Shown in pieces: positions 10,293 through 19,792 of a stretch of 64,000 nt of DNA. The notes below the pieces were generated by a model. That model saw nothing but the letters and a program-made list of their open reading frames with translations. It was not told the DNA's origin and ran no database searches. Where the stretch lies: positions 3,141-67,140 of the forward strand of contig MHOA01000002.1 in NCBI GenBank assembly GCA_001821765.1, given 5' to 3'. A program made the translations under genes and the position numbers. Origin of the DNA: Candidatus Ryanbacteria bacterium RIFCSPLOWO2_12_FULL_44_26 (lineage in GTDB: Bacteria; Patescibacteriota; Minisyncoccia; Ryanbacterales; HO2-45-13). Each line of letters starts with the position of its first letter. Position 1 is the stretch's first letter.

Positions 10293-12203
10293 TTATTCTT
10301 TCACTTCTCCCTGAGAAGCTTTTATGTTGGGGTCGTCCTTCATTAAGGTATCAATAATTTTAGTCGTTTTCTCAAGCCGCGTTCCCGTAAAAGCATCTTG
10401 CGCGGTCATCACCGCTCTTGAAACAATTTCAGGGAAATCCCTCACATGAGCAACGGAAGGCACAAAACCCACCTGAAAAGCAACCTCTCTTGTTGGGCTG
10501 ACAATTCCTGTGCCAGCTTCTATAATGCCGGGGTGCCATGTAACCAACCCTGTCTCGTTATCAAAAACAACCTGCTCATTACCGGGCACGACAACACCTT
10601 TCCATCGAACATATGTCGGGAGCGAGGCGTTTACCTCAACATTTCTTAAATCATTCGACTCATTCGTGATTGACCACACAATAAGATAGGTGGTCTCCTC
10701 TCCAACTTTCGGGGGAAGGGGGCCGTAGTTTTGCACCCGGTCATCAAAATAATAACCTCGCTGTGTGAATCCGGCATCCGTCGCAACTTTTAGTTTTAAG
10801 GTTGCGACACCTGACACATCAACTCCTTCAAACCCCTGCGGCGTTTTTCCGGTGCTGATGCGCGAGGAAAACTCAATTGCAAAGTCCTTGTCAAGAGCGG
10901 TTGTAACAGGAAGCGGCTGCTTAATTACGACCGTAAAGTTCACCCTGTCCGATGCGCCGGGCTGTAATAGCGCAAACTGCGGATAACGGCCCGCCAACCA
11001 GTGAATAGTATTCGTTGTCCCGTCAAACGTACCGCCATTTTTTGGTGAAACAGTTTTCAGATCCAGCGCTTTTCCATCCAAGTGTATTTCCAATGCCGCG
11101 TTGTTTACACTGACCGGAAGATTATTTTTCCAAAAGATAGAGACATCTACTTCCTGTCCGGGAAATACCACATTGCTTTTGTTTTTTGTCAACCCCACAG
11201 CAGTAAAGAGAAACGGCGTTCTCACTGCAACTGTTTTTTTTGAATCAGAAAAAACAATCCAAGAGCTGTCGGCGCTGTCATAAATCCCGAGACGCGCACG
11301 AAACGTCTGATTCTCATAAATGTTTTCCTTCACCTTTCCTTTTATCGATATCGTTCGTGCTTCCCCGGGGTTAATATCTCCTATTTTCCATATACTATCT
11401 CCTTCAAATGGCTGCGGTTGAGCACTAATGAATTCAAACGCCTCAGGATAATCAATCCCCACTGTGAGATTTTGAAATAAAATGTCCGAGGTAGAAACAA
11501 CATTAATAGCCAATTCAACCTCCTGCCCTTCCTGCAATTCGTTCGGTGCTTCAACGGAAACGCCGAGCTGTGAATGGGTAATCCGCACAGTATACTCAAT
11601 CTCTTTAGCAAATCTTGCCGATGAACCCTCGGGACGATATTCCAATACAACTTTACCTTTTAAAACATCGTCTATCTCCCCAAAAAGCACGCCTTTAAAC
11701 TCCTCTCTCCCTTCCGCGCCGGCCGCAATGTCGCCTAAGACGCGACGCACACGAAACAGCCCCCGCTTCCCTCCAGCTTCATACAGCACTTGTTGCGATC
11801 TGGGCGGAAATTCAAATACAATCTCCGCGCTGTTCAGCGCAACGGAATCAGCGTTTCTGTACACAACCTCCCAAGACGATGCCTCTCCCGAAGCCACCTC
11901 CTTAGGTCCAGCAAGGCTCAATCCCACAAGACGCGTCGAGTGGATACTACCTCCAAAAATAAAGAAAAAAATGACAGCCCCCGCAAAAACAACAACAGCT
12001 GCTATCATAGCGAGTAACAACCAAAAGCGCGTCTGGGGCGACATATTTCCTCTTCTTTTCGGCCGTATCGTTACCGGCTCCTTTTCACCCTCCCAAAAAG
12101 GTTCTACCTCAACATCGTGCTGGGAAAATCCTGACTTCGGCTGACGTTCCGGAAACGTCTCCCCTTGCTTGTACATCCGTTTTTTAAGATCGCTGATACC
12201 CAT
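10293..12203 (-). CDS. Large membrane-anchored repeat protein (DUF11-like conserved repeat domains)
   Basis: 636 aa. N-terminal cytoplasmic tail plus one TM (LLLAMIAAVVVFAGAVIFFFIF), then repeated ~100-aa beta-rich modules (e.g. LPPKVGEETTYLIVWSITNESNDLRNVEVNASLP) that resemble the 'conserved repeat domain' in surface proteins. Confidence 0.5.
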   Translation of the reverse strand: MGISDLKKRMYKQGETFPERQPKSGFSQHDVEVEPFWEGEKEPVTIRPKRRGNMSPQTRFWLLLAMIAAVVVFAGAVIFFFIFGGSIHSTRLVGLSLAGPKEVASGEASSWEVVYRNADSVALNSAEIVFEFPPRSQQVLYEAGGKRGLFRVRRVLGDIAAGAEGREEFKGVLFGEIDDVLKGKVVLEYRPEGSSARFAKEIEYTVRITHSQLGVSVEAPNELQEGQEVELAINVVSTSDILFQNLTVGIDYPEAFEFISAQPQPFEGDSIWKIGDINPGEARTISIKGKVKENIYENQTFRARLGIYDSADSSWIVFSDSKKTVAVRTPFLFTAVGLTKNKSNVVFPGQEVDVSIFWKNNLPVSVNNAALEIHLDGKALDLKTVSPKNGGTFDGTTNTIHWLAGRYPQFALLQPGASDRVNFTVVIKQPLPVTTALDKDFAIEFSSRISTGKTPQGFEGVDVSGVATLKLKVATDAGFTQRGYYFDDRVQNYGPLPPKVGEETTYLIVWSITNESNDLRNVEVNASLPTYVRWKGVVVPGNEQVVFDNETGLVTWHPGIIEAGTGIVSPTREVAFQVGFVPSVAHVRDFPEIVSRAVMTAQDAFTGTRLEKTTKIIDTLMKDDPNIKASQGEVKE

Positions 12204-12218
12204 GCTGTTGTATGTTTA

Positions 12219-12722
12219 TTATAACATATGATTAGCCGCGAGAACGGTACGAATATCGTTCTCCGTTCGTATTCCTTCTTCAGGGAGCATGCCGAAGATA
12301 TGCAGCGTTTCCGTTTTAAGTGAAAAAAGATGGACTGCATCTCGAGGCAAAAGTTTCCTTACAATAAAAACGTCGTTTAGAAAATTCCATAACAATTCGT
12401 CATGTTCTGTTCCTTTGAGCAGACGCAAAAGAAAATCCCTAAATGCGAGCATATTCGGAAAGGAGGCAATAATATCGTCATTGGGCGCTTTAAGCAGTTC
12501 TGCGCTAATAAGCCGGTAGCCGTCGCGTACACCAATGAATATAATATCAACATGCGCAAAGAGTATAGTGTGCCCTTTTAACTTAGACTTTTCAAGCCGT
12601 ATGCTTTTTGCAATTGTCTCAATTTTTCCAAATGCACGAGTGTAGAAAATGATGCCGCGATCGGATTCTCCAATATCATAACTGCCCAATACAATAGCCT
12701 CGGTTGTATGATACGTGGTCAT
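12219..12722 (-). CDS. recO: RecO-like DNA repair protein, short form (N-terminal OB-fold region only)
   Basis: TEAIVLGSYDIGESDRGIIFYTRAFGKIETIAKSIR resembles the RecO N-terminus (GIVL..DYGE.D.I…T…GKI…AKG). 167 aa with no C-terminal Cys-rich domain. The start overlaps the ileS stop (ATGA). Confidence 0.5.
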   Translation of the reverse strand: MTTYHTTEAIVLGSYDIGESDRGIIFYTRAFGKIETIAKSIRLEKSKLKGHTILFAHVDIIFIGVRDGYRLISAELLKAPNDDIIASFPNMLAFRDFLLRLLKGTEHDELLWNFLNDVFIVRKLLPRDAVHLFSLKTETLHIFGMLPEEGIRTENDIRTVLAANHML

Positions 12723-15700
12723 GGCAAGATTTCTAACTCGTCTTTCTCACTCCATAGAATACGTTTGGCGTTTGTTTTTTGTAAGATGGTTTTTTGATGT
12801 TTTTTAAATTTTTCTTCCGGTCCTATAAGCAACTTGATGGCATCTTGCGGCTTGAGGTTGGCTTCTTTTCGAAGTTGTTGAACGCGGCGAATGAGTTCTC
12901 TTGCGTCTCCCTCATCGCGCAACTCGTCCGTAAGCGCCGTATCAAGCAGTATCTCACTTTTTAATGCTGCATCAAACGTAACTTCCTTTACATTCACCTC
13001 TTCCTTTATAAGTTCAAGAAGGCCTTTTGCGTCTTTTGATTTCATCAAACGCTCATTTTTTATTGCAAGCGCCTTTAAGGGCTGCCGGATTTTGATATTG
13101 GCTTTAGCCCGTGCCTCCAGCGCTATATTTACTATCTTGCGCACCTGATCCATGTCCTTAAGTAAAACCGCGGCACGCACGCTCTTCTTTCCTTTTTTAT
13201 AACTTGGCCAATCCTCAAGATGCACGCTCTCTTTTGGACCCCCGACTTCCTTATATATATGCTCTGCCAGAAACGGAGTAAACGGGGCGGATATAACTGC
13301 TAGGCGTATCAATACATCCTTTAATAACACGCTCACTACCTTGCTTTCACTGTTTTTTATTCTCTCGCGGGAACGCCGAACATACCAGCGGGATACATCC
13401 GCTCCAACAAAATCCTGCAAGGCCCTTGCAGCGTGCACGATTTCATATGATTCAATATGCGTTGTCATATTCCTTATAACATGATCAAACCGCAAGAGCA
13501 CCCACCGGTCCAAAACATGCTTCGGGCGTGTTATGCGTCTGATGCGTTTGGGAACAAAACTTCTTTGAGCATATGTCTGATAAAAATGAAGAACGTTTAA
13601 AAGGATGTCAGAAAAATTGCGGCGTGCTTGCTTTACGTCCTCTTCTGTAAAATATTTCCGATCCCACGGCTGGTTTATGGTGTAGAAATACCATCGAACT
13701 GAATCCGCACCATATGTTTCAATAAGCGCCATCGGGTCCACAATATTGCCAAGAGATTTAGACATTTTTTTTCCTTCTTTATCAAGCACATGTCCAAGCG
13801 AAATAACCGCCCTAAAAGGCGCTTTCCTTCCAAGAAGCGTTGCAACGGCAAGGAGATTATAAAACCAGCCGCGCGTCTGATCCACCGCCTCGGTAATATA
13901 ATCAGCAGGATAATCAATTTTACTAAAATCCGGCTTTCCTTTTTGAGCAAACGGAAAGTGTGCTTGCGCATACGGCATGGATCCCGAGTCGAACCAAGCA
14001 TCAACGACTTCGGAAACGCGGCGCATGTCGTTTGAGCATTGCCTGCACGACAATAAAATCCCGTCAATATAAGGCTTGTGAAGATCTAATTCACCCTCCT
14101 CATTGTATGGCCAGTTGCGGAGATGCAGTTCTCTTATCTCGCTTGTTTTCGGATACCACCAAGCCGGATAATCCTCTTCACGAAGACCTTGCATGGCGGC
14201 GTCAAGAATCCATAAAGGATCGCCGTGTGATACGATAAGCATCGTTTTTCCCTCATGCTTTTTTAACAGATCAAACAGCGCATTCATCATACGCTTTCGT
14301 ACATCACGAATACTCTCTCCGCCCGGCGGACTCTCATGGAAATGCTTTTTAAATGGATAGAGTTTTTTAAATTCTTTAAGGTCTCTGCCCACAAAATCTC
14401 CTGAATTGATGTCGTATAGCCGTGCATCAACAATAACAGGCGCTTTAATGATACTGGAAACAATTTCAGCCGTATCTTTTGCCCGCTGCAGCGGAGAGGA
14501 GAGTATAACATCAATGTTATGCTTTAAACGCTTTGCTTGTGATTGAACTTGTCTTCGGCCGCGTGCAGTAAGCTGAAAACCCTCTGTGTCCTGATTTAAA
14601 AGGGACACTGATACGACATTGCGGACATTATGCGCCGCCTCGCCGTGACGCATCAAAAAAACTCTTCCTTTTTGGGGAAAACGCAGCGTATCCAAATCTT
14701 CCAACGACCCAACCGTCTCCAGCGCGCCGCACTTTTCACATTTCCACACCGGCAAGGGCGTTCCCCAATAGCGTTCCCGCGAAAACGCCCAGTCTTTTTC
14801 CTCTTTTAACCATCCGCCGAAGCGGCCGTGTTTTATGTAATGCGGATGCCAGTCAATCGTTTCATTGTTTTTAATAAGTTCTTTCCGCACTTTATTTACA
14901 GAAACCCACCATGTTTTTCGCGCTAAATACATAAGCGGGTTTCTGCATCTCCAGCAGAAAGGATAATCGTGCTCGTAACGTTCGCTCTTAAAAAGCAAGC
15001 CGCGACCATCCAAATGGTTCATAATAAGGGGATCTGCTTTTTTAAAAAACGTTTCATGCCATGGTTTTCCCGGTGTTTGCATGTTTCCTTGTTCATCTGT
15101 TGTAATAACTGTCGGTAAACCATGCTTTTTGCTTAAATGAAAATCGTCATCCCCGAATGCCGGAGCTATATGCACAATCCCCGTTCCTTCACCGGTGGAA
15201 ACAAAATCGGCAGCTATTATTTTTGGGTGGCGCTGCGAATCGTCAGGAAATAAAGCATGATATTCTCTACCAACCAGTTCGGCGCCCTTTATTTTTTTTA
15301 GAATATTATGTTCAGCGGGCAAAACCGCAAGCCGCGATTCCGCAAGAATAAACGTAGTACCGTTCGCCTCTGCATACACATAATCAACTGCCGGATGCAC
15401 TGCAAGCGCCACGTTCCCCGGCAAGGTCCACGGTGTCGTTGTCCATACCAAAAAATACTCCCCCTCCTTGTCTGTAGGAAACTTCACGTAGACGGATTCC
15501 TCTGTTATTTTTTCATATCCCTGCGCAAGTTCGTGCGAGGAAAGGGCTGTACCGCATCGGGTACACCACGGCACAACTTTGTAGTCTTCATACAGATACT
15601 TTTTCTTCGAAAACTCCCTGATAATCCACCACAGTGTTTCAATGTATGAACTTTCATGGGTGATGTAGGGATGATCCATATCAATCCATAAACCGATTTT

Positions 15701-16078
15701 CTCCGTCATCCGTTCCCAAAGCTCTTTATATCTCCACACAGACTCCCTGCATTTTTTGTTAAACTCCGTAACGCCATATTTTTCAATGTCTTTCTTGCTT
15801 GCAAGGCCGAGCGATTTTTCAACTTCAATCTCAACCGGAAGCCCGTGCGTGTCCCAACCGGCACGACGAGGGACATAATACCCGCGCATTGTTTTATAAC
15901 GGAGCACAATGTCTTTATAGGAGCGCGATGCTACATGGTGCACCCCCGGCACTCCGTTTGCCGTTGGAGGCCCTTCAAAAAACACAAAATGTTTTTTCCT
16001 GCGCCTTGCTCTAACGCTTTTCTCAAAAATGTTTCTTTCTTTCCAAAACCGCAGCGTTTTCTCTTCATGGTTTTCCAT
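12719..16078 (-). CDS. ileS: Isoleucyl-tRNA synthetase with an internal ~195-aa histidine-phosphatase-like insertion
   Basis: 1119 aa; WDTHGLPVE, KMSKSLGN, and WFDSGS after the insertion. Contiguous ORF with IleRS sequence on both sides of the insert. Confidence 0.9.
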   Translation of the reverse strand: MENHEEKTLRFWKERNIFEKSVRARRRKKHFVFFEGPPTANGVPGVHHVASRSYKDIVLRYKTMRGYYVPRRAGWDTHGLPVEIEVEKSLGLASKKDIEKYGVTEFNKKCRESVWRYKELWERMTEKIGLWIDMDHPYITHESSYIETLWWIIREFSKKKYLYEDYKVVPWCTRCGTALSSHELAQGYEKITEESVYVKFPTDKEGEYFLVWTTTPWTLPGNVALAVHPAVDYVYAEANGTTFILAESRLAVLPAEHNILKKIKGAELVGREYHALFPDDSQRHPKIIAADFVSTGEGTGIVHIAPAFGDDDFHLSKKHGLPTVITTDEQGNMQTPGKPWHETFFKKADPLIMNHLDGRGLLFKSERYEHDYPFCWRCRNPLMYLARKTWWVSVNKVRKELIKNNETIDWHPHYIKHGRFGGWLKEEKDWAFSRERYWGTPLPVWKCEKCGALETVGSLEDLDTLRFPQKGRVFLMRHGEAAHNVRNVVSVSLLNQDTEGFQLTARGRRQVQSQAKRLKHNIDVILSSPLQRAKDTAEIVSSIIKAPVIVDARLYDINSGDFVGRDLKEFKKLYPFKKHFHESPPGGESIRDVRKRMMNALFDLLKKHEGKTMLIVSHGDPLWILDAAMQGLREEDYPAWWYPKTSEIRELHLRNWPYNEEGELDLHKPYIDGILLSCRQCSNDMRRVSEVVDAWFDSGSMPYAQAHFPFAQKGKPDFSKIDYPADYITEAVDQTRGWFYNLLAVATLLGRKAPFRAVISLGHVLDKEGKKMSKSLGNIVDPMALIETYGADSVRWYFYTINQPWDRKYFTEEDVKQARRNFSDILLNVLHFYQTYAQRSFVPKRIRRITRPKHVLDRWVLLRFDHVIRNMTTHIESYEIVHAARALQDFVGADVSRWYVRRSRERIKNSESKVVSVLLKDVLIRLAVISAPFTPFLAEHIYKEVGGPKESVHLEDWPSYKKGKKSVRAAVLLKDMDQVRKIVNIALEARAKANIKIRQPLKALAIKNERLMKSKDAKGLLELIKEEVNVKEVTFDAALKSEILLDTALTDELRDEGDARELIRRVQQLRKEANLKPQDAIKLLIGPEEKFKKHQKTILQKTNAKRILWSEKDELEILP
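14099..14686 (-). other. Histidine phosphatase (PGAM-branch) domain embedded in IleRS (aa ~465-660)
   Basis: RVFLMRHGEAAHN (RHG catalytic His motif), ILSSPLQRAKDTAEIV (S.L.RA..TA motif) and MLIVSHGDPL (second His motif). Flanked by IleRS CEKCG… upstream and …LHKPYIDG…WFDSGS downstream. Confidence 0.6.
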
Positions 16079-16084
16079 ATGATG

Positions 16085-16627
16085 CTAATCCGCAATGGTT
16101 ATGGTGATAATAACATCACCTCTTTCAATATGTTGAACCACATCCATGCCCTTAGCTACTCTCCCGAATACCGTATGTCTTCCGTCTAAATGCGGCTGGG
16201 GACGGGTTGTTACAATAAAAAACTGACTGCCGTTGGTATTGGGTCCGGCATTCGCCATGGCAATAACTCCTTCAACAACCTTAAGATCATTAATTTCATC
16301 GTCAAACATATATCCCGGACCTCCTGTTCCAATGCGCGGATCGTCAATGGGAAGTGTTTTGGTAAACGGGTCGCCCCCCTGAATCATAAAATCTTTCACC
16401 ACTCGATGGAACCGCACTCCGTCATAAAACCTATCACGCGCCAATGCCGTGAAGTGCTCCACGGTTCTTGGAGCTTTTTTGGGGTATAACTCAAGTTCGA
16501 TATCGCCTTTCGTTGTTTGAATAACGGCGTTTACCGTCCCTCCGCTCCTGCCGCCGGCAAGCCATATCACAAAACCCAGCACTGCCGAAATAAGAAGGAG
16601 GTTTAAAATGGTTTTTTTAGGCGCCAT
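16085..16627 (-). CDS. Peptidyl-prolyl cis-trans isomerase, cyclophilin type, with N-terminal signal/anchor
   Basis: HRVVKDFMIQGGDP, MANAGPNTNGSQFFI, GRHTVFG. Start placed at MAPKKTILNLLLISAVLGF. Confidence 0.85.
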   Translation of the reverse strand: MAPKKTILNLLLISAVLGFVIWLAGGRSGGTVNAVIQTTKGDIELELYPKKAPRTVEHFTALARDRFYDGVRFHRVVKDFMIQGGDPFTKTLPIDDPRIGTGGPGYMFDDEINDLKVVEGVIAMANAGPNTNGSQFFIVTTRPQPHLDGRHTVFGRVAKGMDVVQHIERGDVIITITIAD

Positions 16628-16723
16628 GCAATAAGTATACGGATGCGAAACGGTATTGAAAAGAGTCAGGCGCAACAGAAAACGAAACCGCTATGAAGAT
16701 TGGTTTTGTGAAATAGATGTTCG

Positions 16724-17185
16724 CTACAATATCCGCGGAGATTTTTTTATCTTTGCATCCAGCCCGAACATCCTACCGGCACGAACCGCAGCAAAGAAAA
16801 TAAGCACCAGCGCATAAACAATATGATCATCAACGATATAGCTATGCGCTCCGACACGCGGAAACTCAAGCAGAGGTAAGTAATAGAGCATCATCAATGC
16901 CGCACCAAGCATTGAAGACACGCGAACTCCAAGGCCTAATAGCAGTGAGATGCCAAGCAACGTCAGTCCCCATTCGTTCGCCAAATTCACCCATCCGATG
17001 TTTGCAGGACTGGCAAGATACGCAAAAAAGTCCGAAAAAGTCTTAGCATTGGCAAGATACCCGGCAGCTGACCACTCCGGATCTAACACCTTGGTGATAC
17101 CGGCATAGAAAAACAGCCATCCCATCGCAACGCGCAGCAGGACAACAATATCTTTTGCTACCATATTCATAAATGATGCGTTCAT
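16724..17185 (-). CDS. DoxX-family membrane protein
   Basis: About 150 aa with 4 TM helices in a DoxX-like arrangement (LLRVAMGWLFFYAGITK…). The ORF track's N-terminal extension was trimmed. Confidence 0.55.
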   Translation of the reverse strand: MNASFMNMVAKDIVVLLRVAMGWLFFYAGITKVLDPEWSAAGYLANAKTFSDFFAYLASPANIGWVNLANEWGLTLLGISLLLGLGVRVSSMLGAALMMLYYLPLLEFPRVGAHSYIVDDHIVYALVLIFFAAVRAGRMFGLDAKIKKSPRIL

Positions 17186-17272
17186 AAAAATTGACTTTAC
17201 ATTAATTTGATAACTAAAAAAACGATGGGCTTGACGGATTGCACTGTGTGTATACACCACTAAAGCCCTTCC

Positions 17273-17992
17273 TTAGAAAGGCAATGGCGCTGAATAAAGC
17301 ATAATAGCGCCAAGCGCCATAAGAAAAAACCCGACACCAAGCCGCATAAGCCCCCGATGTTTCTTTCTCCAGCTCTCAAGCTGTTCTGAAGTGGCTCCAA
17401 AATAAGAAACGCCGACAATAAAGAGAAGAGGAACGATGAACACAAAGTTATACAACAAAAGAAGCGGAACAGCGACATCATACGAACCCCTCTGTAGTAA
17501 ACCGAGAATAGCGAAATACGGAGCGCCGGTACACGGAAGCTCTATAAGGACGACAAACACGCCCAGAGCCGCTGTCGTAAGCATCATGAGTGTGGGGCTT
17601 TGCCGCTCCATCATTTCAATTTTTCGCGTATAGAGCTTCATTCGTTCAGCGCCTCCCGGTATCATCTGCAGACTAAACCCCTTTCCGTACCAAAAATAAT
17701 CCTTTATCTCAAGAAGTCCGGCAAGAATGGCGATAACGGCAACAATAAAGTAAAACCATGCTGATATTCCAATACTTCTGGTGATATTTATTACTCCAAA
17801 ACCAAGCGTCAAATATGTTGCGTAGACCACTAAAGTATATAAAAGCCCCCCCAAAAGCATCATTTTCCTGCTTCGAAAGACTCTCGTCATAAAAGCAATA
17901 AGGAAAATGAGCGCGCCGAAGACACATGGATTAATGCTGTCAGCAAGAGCTGCCGTAATAACAATTCCTAATGTCAGTTCATCTCCAAACAT
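17273..17992 (-). CDS. ccdA: Cytochrome c-type biogenesis/disulfide-transfer membrane protein CcdA/DsbD-TM family
   Basis: 239 aa with 6 TM helices and two conserved Cys in TM segments (DSINPC … LPCTGAPY). Confidence 0.7.
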   Translation of the reverse strand: MFGDELTLGIVITAALADSINPCVFGALIFLIAFMTRVFRSRKMMLLGGLLYTLVVYATYLTLGFGVINITRSIGISAWFYFIVAVIAILAGLLEIKDYFWYGKGFSLQMIPGGAERMKLYTRKIEMMERQSPTLMMLTTAALGVFVVLIELPCTGAPYFAILGLLQRGSYDVAVPLLLLYNFVFIVPLLFIVGVSYFGATSEQLESWRKKHRGLMRLGVGFFLMALGAIMLYSAPLPF

Positions 17993-18045
17993 GTGTTGAT
18001 GCTGCTATAAAATGCCGTACCGGATCAATCCAGCGCTGCCGGAAT

Positions 18046-18852
18046 CTAATCCTCAATAAGCGGGCATCCGGATATTTCGCTTAACTCCTCAAACGATACA
18101 ACCCCGGGTTCAAACCGATAAAGTATGCCGCCCTCACTATCCTCAAAAATCCATGTCGGCGTACGCTCTACATTCTTTTCAATACAGCGCTGCGCCTCGT
18201 GGTTCGGATTTCTTGGATCACACTCAATTTCATTTACATATTGAAACGAGTCTCCGAACATCGCCCTTTGCTTCGCGCAAAAAGAGCATGAAATAGACCC
18301 ATACATATAAAGCCGTTTTTCAGTGAGGCATTGCGCAAACGTATCATATTTCCCCGAGGGCACCGCGCTTTTATGAACGACGAAGGTGGCGCCTCCAAGC
18401 AGCACTGCAAGAACAAGGGCTGTGATAACGTTTTTCGCAGCAATTTTTTCTGGCTTCAGAGCGACAAGCGATACAACAATAATGCCCAAGATGAATACTT
18501 TTGAAGTCTCACAAAATACGCATATGTTTTTGAGAACAAAAAGCTCTATTCCCGTTAAGTACAAGGAAGGTCCCAAAAATACAATTGATAAAAACGCCAG
18601 GATTTTGAGGGTTGAGGTATTGTATCGAAAAATCACTACTCCCAAAACGCCAAGGAAATAGAATAACCCAAGCACCGACATCGGTATGCCGAATATTGTT
18701 GAATAAATACTCTTGTTGACTATATCGCAGGAAAGCCCTTCGCCCAAATTACAAAACGATCCTTCTTCCTCGGAATAATGCAAGGAGACTAAATACCCCA
18801 TAACCACAACGCCGACAATCGCCAAAACGATAAGAAGTATTTTTGCTATCAT
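18046..18852 (-). CDS. VKOR (vitamin K epoxide reductase) homolog fused to a C-terminal thioredoxin-like domain
   Basis: N-terminal TM core with a loop Cys pair (FCNLGEGLSC) and a CVFC CXXC in a TM helix, followed by a soluble domain with SCSFC; 268 aa. Confidence 0.65.
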   Translation of the reverse strand: MIAKILLIVLAIVGVVVMGYLVSLHYSEEEGSFCNLGEGLSCDIVNKSIYSTIFGIPMSVLGLFYFLGVLGVVIFRYNTSTLKILAFLSIVFLGPSLYLTGIELFVLKNICVFCETSKVFILGIIVVSLVALKPEKIAAKNVITALVLAVLLGGATFVVHKSAVPSGKYDTFAQCLTEKRLYMYGSISCSFCAKQRAMFGDSFQYVNEIECDPRNPNHEAQRCIEKNVERTPTWIFEDSEGGILYRFEPGVVSFEELSEISGCPLIED

Positions 18853-19002
18853 GTTTTCTTTTTTATGATTTGCAATAAAGTGTATAAACTTACAACAGTC
18901 ATGCTGTTGCTATCATTATAGCATCATCCAACCGACACGAAACCAAGAAATCCACAGCGATCTCCCTCTCTACTGTGAATATACATGCTATGCTAGAACG
19001 TT

Positions 19003-19770
19003 TTACTGCTCCGCCTCCCCCTTAAACAGCGAGCGCACTATGTCTCTTAACTCATTATAACTTCTTGGATTTCGTATGTTATTTCCGTTTAAGAAAATAG
19101 TCGGTGTTCCTGAAACTCCCGATGCGATACCGCTTCTGTAATCGTCCTCTATTTTTTTCTTTATAGAGGATAGATCAATATCTCTTTTAAACCCCTCAAT
19201 ATCAAGATCAATCCTCTGCGCATACTGCATGAATATGTCCTCCGCATCTTTTCTATTTGACCATTCCTGTTGGTGTTCAAAAAGCATATCATGCATTTCC
19301 CAAAACTTTCCCTGCAGTCCCGCCGCCTCTGCCGCCTGCGCGGCAATGCCGGCATTGGCATGGATTTGCTGTAAAGGAAAATGCCTAAATACCACCTGAA
19401 TATCATCGCCGAATTCACGCTCAAGCTGTGCCATCATCGGATAAAATGCCGCGCATGCCGGGCACTGAAAATCGCCGTATTCTATAAGAACAATGTCGGC
19501 CGTTTTACTTCCCCGTGTCCAATCAGTAGCGGAAACCGCGCTTGCCAACGGAAGATTCTGCTTTGAACCTATACTGCTTCCCAGTTTTATAAGACCAAAC
19601 ACGGCTCCTCCGGAAACAACAACAATGATAGCCCACAAATAAACGCGCTTAAACAATCTGGTTTTTTGTATGGCCTTTCTTCCCTGTTCCTTTTCCGCTC
19701 TTTTTAGTTCTCGTCTCTCTTTTTTTGTTACAGGCTGCTCATCAGTATGTGGCATTCCCTGATCATACAA
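19003..19770 (-). CDS. DsbA-family thiol:disulfide oxidoreductase (membrane-anchored)
   Basis: Lys/Glu-rich N-terminus, one TM, then a thioredoxin fold with YGDFQCPACAAF (CPAC active site). Confidence 0.75.
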   Translation of the reverse strand: MYDQGMPHTDEQPVTKKERRELKRAEKEQGRKAIQKTRLFKRVYLWAIIVVVSGGAVFGLIKLGSSIGSKQNLPLASAVSATDWTRGSKTADIVLIEYGDFQCPACAAFYPMMAQLEREFGDDIQVVFRHFPLQQIHANAGIAAQAAEAAGLQGKFWEMHDMLFEHQQEWSNRKDAEDIFMQYAQRIDLDIEGFKRDIDLSSIKKKIEDDYRSGIASGVSGTPTIFLNGNNIRNPRSYNELRDIVRSLFKGEAEQ

Positions 19771-19792
19771 AACTGCATGACCGCGGTCAATG

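Noticed and set aside
11482-12144. 220-aa + strand ORF rich in Ser/Thr/Pro
   Set aside because: It is antisense to the 636-aa repeat-protein gene; low-complexity composition and no start context.
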